Positions 56,513 through 60,723 of a stretch of DNA of 60,723 nt are shown piece by piece; the stretch's first letter is position 1; every line of letters starts with the position of its first letter. Source of the DNA: a virus (Duplodnaviria; Caudoviricetes); IMG/VR virus record IMGVR_UViG_3300027743_000005, positions 1 to 60,723 of that record; one strand, written 5' to 3'. The notes below the pieces were generated by a model that did not search any database, was not told where the DNA came from, and saw only the letters and a list, made by a program, of their open reading frames with translations. Position numbers and translations under genes: made by a program.

Positions 56513-57268
56513 GCGGGGTCCTCTGGATCGGGCATCCAGAAGCTGTCGTCGGCCGTGTCCACCACGTCGTCTTCGACCTCGTCTTCCTCGGCGTCGAAGT
56601 CGTAGATGCGTCGGTCGCTAGGTGCCGGGCGCTGGTGGCCCGACCGTCTGCTGCTGGCTCTGCTCACGAGGGCGCCCCCTCGCAACCGCACCCGATGTGG
56701 TGCTGGCCGTCCGGGTCGTCCGGGCAGGCATCGTCGTCGCCCATGCGGATCGCCTCGATGGTGACGCCCTCGCCGGGGAACAGCACGGCCAGCATCTCGT
56801 CGGCCTTCGCCTTCAGCCGGTCCACGTCGTCGGCATGGATGAGCACCATCTGCACCACGCAGCCCGGGACGCGCTCGTTCAGCCATGGCTGGGCCATGTG
56901 CGCCGAGCGGGGCACGAGGATGAGGCCCACCGTCTGGCAGTCCTCCTCGCTCAGCGCGCTCATCAGCAACGCCGAGCTCATCCTCCAGTCGGCGTCGGTG
57001 GGGTCGAGGACCATCTGCTCACCAATGCAGAACTCGCGGGCGAAGCGGATGACGTCCTCGTCGGTCAGTCTCTCGATGGTCACGACGGCGCCTCCTCGCT
57101 CTGGTGCGGTCGGCCCCACACGTGCTGGGGCGTCGGTCGGAATGCCACCGTGGGCGGGGACTCACCGAACTGCTCGATGAGCACCTGGAATCCCGCCTCG
57201 GCTAGCTCGGGCTTGGCTGGCACGGTCGCCACCCAGACCTTGCGGTAGTTCAGCTCTTGCTCTGTCAT
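56509..57268 (-). CDS. Three hypothetical genes (56509-56667, 56664-57083, 57080-57268)
   Basis: GTGA overlaps; SD before 57268. Confidence 0.6.
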
Positions 57269-57338
57269 GGTTCCTCTCCTGTCGTCCCGCCTGGTTGGCG
57301 GGGTCGTGGACGGCGGGGATGATGAGTCCCCGCCGTCC
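57269..57338 (-). promoter_or_regulatory. Minihelix-like leader element E6
   Basis: Perfect 12-bp stem 57308-57319/57327-57338, loop CUCAUCA, ACGA, 6-bp hairpin, SD. Confidence 0.8.
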
Positions 57339-57467
57339 GGCCCGACACGCCTTCAAAGGGAGTGGGCGGACACCCCCCGAGGCGGTCGGGCGACAATGCC
57401 GCTCGCAGCTTGGCGAGCGGCAGAAATGCGGTCACGCCTCGCTGGCGGATTTACAGACAGTCGTCAG

Positions 57468-57686
57468 CTAGTAGTCAGGCATGCCCTCGACGCTGCCGTC
57501 GTTGGCGTACAGCCAAGCGAAGCGGCGCCGCACGCCGAGGTCGTGAATCTCCTCGGCCAGCAGCTTGTAGAGCTCGAAGGCCGAGGCCGCCGGGTCCGCT
57601 GGCTGTTCGACGGTGAGCTTGTTGGTGAGCGTCTCCCGGTAGGCGACGTACCACCGCATCGCCGCCGCGTTCGGGTCGAAGGTCAT
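57468..57686 (-). CDS. Hypothetical protein
   Basis: ATGA overlap. Confidence 0.65.
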   Translation of the reverse strand: MTFDPNAAAMRWYVAYRETLTNKLTVEQPADPAASAFELYKLLAEEIHDLGVRRRFAWLYANDGSVEGMPDY

Positions 57687-58054
57687 GGGTTGGCCTCCAA
57701 CCACGCATCCATCTGGGCCCGCAGCTGAGCGGGCGGGAACCTGTCGTCGGTGAGCAGTTCGATGACCTCCTCGCTGATGGGACCGTGGTCGTCGCGCCCG
57801 AGGAGCGCGGCGCCGTGGATGGGCGAGCCGCCGTACAGCGCCCACGCCTTGAAGTTGATGCCGAGGCCGCGGCTGATGCCGTGGTCGTCCACGAACAGCA
57901 CGTGGGAGCGTGGCTCGAAGTAGGGGTGGCGGACGGCCACCACGTCCAGCTCATCGCCAATGAGCAGGCGCGCCTCTGCGGCGGTGTCGGTGAAGATGCG
58001 CGTGACCACACCGTCGGGCAGGATCAACAGGCCGAGCACTCCGGCGTTCATCAT
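57683..58054 (-). CDS. Second DUF3846-like protein
   Basis: LIG..LDVV...LFVDDHG...GL.IN.KA..LY....IHG.A.L.G. Confidence 0.7.
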   Translation of the reverse strand: MMNAGVLGLLILPDGVVTRIFTDTAAEARLLIGDELDVVAVRHPYFEPRSHVLFVDDHGISRGLGINFKAWALYGGSPIHGAALLGRDDHGPISEEVIELLTDDRFPPAQLRAQMDAWLEANP

Positions 58055-58055
58055 G

Positions 58056-58123
58056 GGTTCCTTCCTTGCACCCCGCCCGCTGCGGGGTTCGTACCCGGCC
58101 GAGGCGACGGGCCTCGACCGGGT
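58056..58123 (-). promoter_or_regulatory. Minihelix-like leader element E7
   Basis: ACCCGGUCGAGG-CCCGUCG-CCUCGGCCGGGU (12 bp, one G-U), ACGA, 7-bp hairpin, SD. Confidence 0.8.
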
Positions 58124-58145
58124 GGCAAGGCAGCGCACCCCCCGG

Positions 58146-59510
58146 TCAGCGCTGCTTTGCGTTCCGTTCCAGCTCCGCCTCCACCAGTGCCAGGGTGGCG
58201 TCGACGACGCTGTTGATTCCGAACAGCAGGTCGCGGAACGGCCCGTTCAGGCCACCGTCCTCGCTCGCCGCCATGTGTGCCTCACTCCCGGCCAGCCGCA
58301 TGGCGTAGAGATGGTCGGTCAGCCGACCAGGGTGGTCGAGGCTCACTGCTCCGTCGCCCGTCTGATCGCCTCGATGCCTTCCTCCCACAGCACCGACGTG
58401 TCGATCGGGTCGACCACCGCCCGCAGCACCAGCGCCTTGGCCACCGCCATGTCTTCGGGGCTGACCGAGCTGTCCTCCAGGACCGTCCAGTCGAGGCGGA
58501 ACCAGGCCGAGGCGTAGGTGCTGTCGAAGCGGTCGTCCTCGTCCCGGACATAGGTCGGCAGTGACCGCATGTATGTCCAGGCTTCCTCGTGGTCGCCACG
58601 GTTGCCGCCGCCGATGCGGGTGTAGACGTGGATCAGCGGCTCGTCGCCGTGCTGTTCCAACCAGTAATCGCGGAACCGGGACTCAGGCAGCGGCGGACGG
58701 AACCCGGCCAGCAACAGGAGGGCCGCTGCCGCCGGGTTCTGCCCGAAGATGACGTTATAGAGGCCCCCCGCCATCAGAGGCCCACCGACTTGGCCTGGAG
58801 GAACTCCAGCAGCTCGTCGAGGATCGCCATGGCCTCGGTGGACTGGAACACCCCGGTCGGGGGCGGCAACCAGCACACAGATACCCGGCCGAACGCATGG
58901 GCGACGGCCTCGGGAATGGGCGTGTCGGCGGGCAGGTTGGACGGTTCGTACTCCTCGCCCCGCAGCAGCTCGGCCTCGTCCACGAAGCGGGCCAGGTCGG
59001 ACTCGCGCAGCACCGCTGCGGTCCGGGGGATCGTGAAGTGCACGTCCCCGGTCGAGTCGGCCACGAGGATGGCGTCGTCGTTCATGATCGACTCCAGCGT
59101 GGCCAGGGCTTGCAGGACGGCCAGGGCCTGGTCGTCGGTGATGGTGACGCGCCGGACCTCGTGATCGACACGCCGGTCGCGTGCCGGTCCGTACTGCCTC
59201 ATGGTGGCGATGGCGTTCGCCAGTTCCGTCATGGACTCACCAGCCCGACGCAGCGCTCGGTGAGCGTGTCCTCCCATGCTGCGCTGAACCCCCGCCCGTA
59301 GTCACGAGGGGCCTGCGGTGGGTAGACCTTGCCGAACAGGTTGGAGAGGTCCTGGTCCATCGGGTGCGGCATGGCGATGACCTCCCGGGCCACGCTGCTG
59401 TCCAAGTAGTTGGTGGCGAGCTCGAGGTCCAGCTCCACGGCCATCGCCGCTGCCTCGCCATCGGCAGCCCCTTGTAGGTACCAGTCGCTCGGTTTGGTCG
59501 CGTCTGTCAT
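58146..59510 (-). CDS. Four hypothetical genes (58146-58346, 58343-58774, 58774-59232, 59229-59510)
   Basis: Coupled overlaps; 58343-58774 has LYN..FG.N, RFRD, TR.GGGNR, D.DD.FD.TYA. Confidence 0.7.
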
Positions 59511-59923
59511 GTGGTTCCTTCCTCATCGGTGGGCTGGGGCACCAGCACCTTGGTCTCGATCCCGGCCTTGCGCGCTGCACGCACTGTGGCCCACGTCCCG
59601 CTGCGCCTGATCTCTTTGGCCTGGCGGGGCGTGGCGATCAGGAGGTTCGCTCCGTAGATCGTGAAGTGGTTGCGGCGCAGCGCGCCGGTGCCGGTGTGGT
59701 GGATGGTCGTGTACTGCATCGGGGGCCACGTCTTGCCGACTGGCAGCCAGACGTGGAGGTCCCGACACCCTGCGTCGTAGGCAATCTCGTGCGCCTCCGT
59801 GTCGGCGCCCGCCGCGCCGCCGTGGTGGAACTGGAACCGACCCAGCCCCAGGAGGACGGTGCCCAGCTTCGAGCGCTGGTACAGCGTCATCCCGAACTGG
59901 GTCCCAGTGAAGGCGACCCTCAA
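59507..59923 (-). CDS. SLOG-superfamily (DprA/YspA-like) nucleotide-binding protein
   Basis: VAFTGT, HHGGAAGAD..AH, LRRN, LIATP, SGTWATVR.ARK.G. Confidence 0.8.
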   Translation of the reverse strand: MRVAFTGTQFGMTLYQRSKLGTVLLGLGRFQFHHGGAAGADTEAHEIAYDAGCRDLHVWLPVGKTWPPMQYTTIHHTGTGALRRNHFTIYGANLLIATPRQAKEIRRSGTWATVRAARKAGIETKVLVPQPTDEEGTT

Positions 59924-60477
59924 AGCACGGTGTGACCACACGACAGCTCGTAAGCCGTCGTGGGGTCAGCGGGGAAGACGGTGAACTCTCGCACCACCGC
60001 CCGCTTGGGGAGATCGTCACGACGCTGGCCGCCCCAGGTCGCCTCCCACGCATCAACGTTGTCCCAGCCGTCCTCGACGGCGCAGTTCGGACAGCCGATC
60101 ATCTCGACCTCGGGCACCGGCTTGCCGATGACCGGGAAGCCGTCGGAGCGGTGCCGCTCCGTCTCGAGCACCGTGTCCTCGGTGACGAGATCGTGCAACG
60201 CCATGACCCGGTGCTCGCGGCACACGTGGATGACGCACTTCTGTGGTCCGGGCATGCCCTCGTAGTCGCACGAGAACTCCAGCCGGTCCGACGCCTGGGT
60301 GCTGCACTCGGCATCGAACCAGCCGCCGTCCATGTCACGGATGATCTGGACGTGCTCGCATAGACGCTTGCCGTCGCGAGTGCGGACCTCCTCCGGTTCC
60401 CCGTAGCAGTAGTCGCACCCGACGCCGTCGCAGCGCTCGCACATCACCTCCATCACGACGATGTCCCTGGTTTCCAT
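59920..60477 (-). CDS. Cys-rich hypothetical protein
   Basis: SD GAAAGGAACC; CxxC.G.GC..C and LSCGH motifs. Confidence 0.7.
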   Translation of the reverse strand: METRDIVVMEVMCERCDGVGCDYCYGEPEEVRTRDGKRLCEHVQIIRDMDGGWFDAECSTQASDRLEFSCDYEGMPGPQKCVIHVCREHRVMALHDLVTEDTVLETERHRSDGFPVIGKPVPEVEMIGCPNCAVEDGWDNVDAWEATWGGQRRDDLPKRAVVREFTVFPADPTTAYELSCGHTVL

Positions 60478-60479
60478 GT

Positions 60480-60553
60480 GGTTCCTTTCAGATGCCACCA
60501 GGTCAGGATGCCTGGTGGTCGTGCCCGGACGGGGGTACGAGTCCCGTCCGGGC
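60480..60553 (-). promoter_or_regulatory. Minihelix-like leader element E8
   Basis: GCCCGGACGGGA-CUCGUAC-CCCCGUCCGGGC, ACGA, 8-bp hairpin 60495-60518, SD. Confidence 0.85.
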
Positions 60554-60561
60554 GGGGAGCA

Positions 60562-60723
60562 TCAGCTCCCGTTGCTGGCCTCGGCGGCGAGCGTGTACTG
60601 CTGCCACTCGTCGGAGTCGACGATGCCGACGCCGTCGATCGCCTTGCGGATGACCGTGCCGAGCGCCCCGGTGAGGGAGCCGTCGACCTTGTCCTCCTTG
60701 GCCTCCTCCATCAGCCGGTACTG
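60562..60723 (-). CDS. C-terminal end of the junction-spanning AAA+ ATPase
   Basis: In frame with 1..1456 after removing the 127-bp overlap (...EWQQYTLAAEASNGS*). Confidence 0.9.
   Translation of the reverse strand, partial: QYRLMEEAKEDKVDGSLTGALGTVIRKAIDGVGIVDSDEWQQYTLAAEASNGS
60597..60723. repeat. Second copy of the 127-bp terminal overlap
   Basis: Identical to 1-127. Confidence 0.97.

Noticed and set aside
57308-57338. Hammerhead ribozyme (UGAUGAG on the plus strand)
   Set aside because: The sequence is a simple hairpin loop with no CUGA context, GAAA or three-way junction.

Overview
The window is a complete, circularly permuted, high-GC tailed phage genome. Positions 60597-60723 repeat 1-127, so the unit length is about 60,596 bp. 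It is most consistent with an actinobacterial siphovirus: it has WhiB, LPXTG proteins, separate hexamer and pentamer capsid proteins, and apparently leaderless genes. A rightward morphogenesis block (7938-34286) runs from terminase through a C5 methyltransferase, portal, a MuF/2H-phosphoesterase/protease fusion, capsid, tail and collagen fibres to an amidase lysin. A long leftward arm of small early genes carries ERF, a replication initiator with an internal origin-like segment, WhiB, a SLOG protein and an AAA+ ATPase that spans the contig junction. A small rightward island holds HNH, ParB and a TET/JBP-like dioxygenase. No integrase, DNA polymerase, tRNA gene or CRISPR array was recognised. 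The most unusual signals are four. (1) Eight intergenic RNA elements of fixed geometry but unrelated stem sequence punctuate the early transcript: a 12-bp stem with a T-loop-like 7-nt loop, then ACGA, a second hairpin and a strong SD. They resemble tRNA acceptor-T minihelices, and two of them bracket a ~280-nt structured non-coding RNA. (2) A phage-encoded sortase-fold protein with Ser at the catalytic Cys position occurs together with two LPXTG-type surface proteins. (3) There are two candidate anti-signalling-defence proteins. (4) A split C5-MTase plus ParB/TET DNA-modification system is present. All family calls come from motif recognition by eye, not from database searches.
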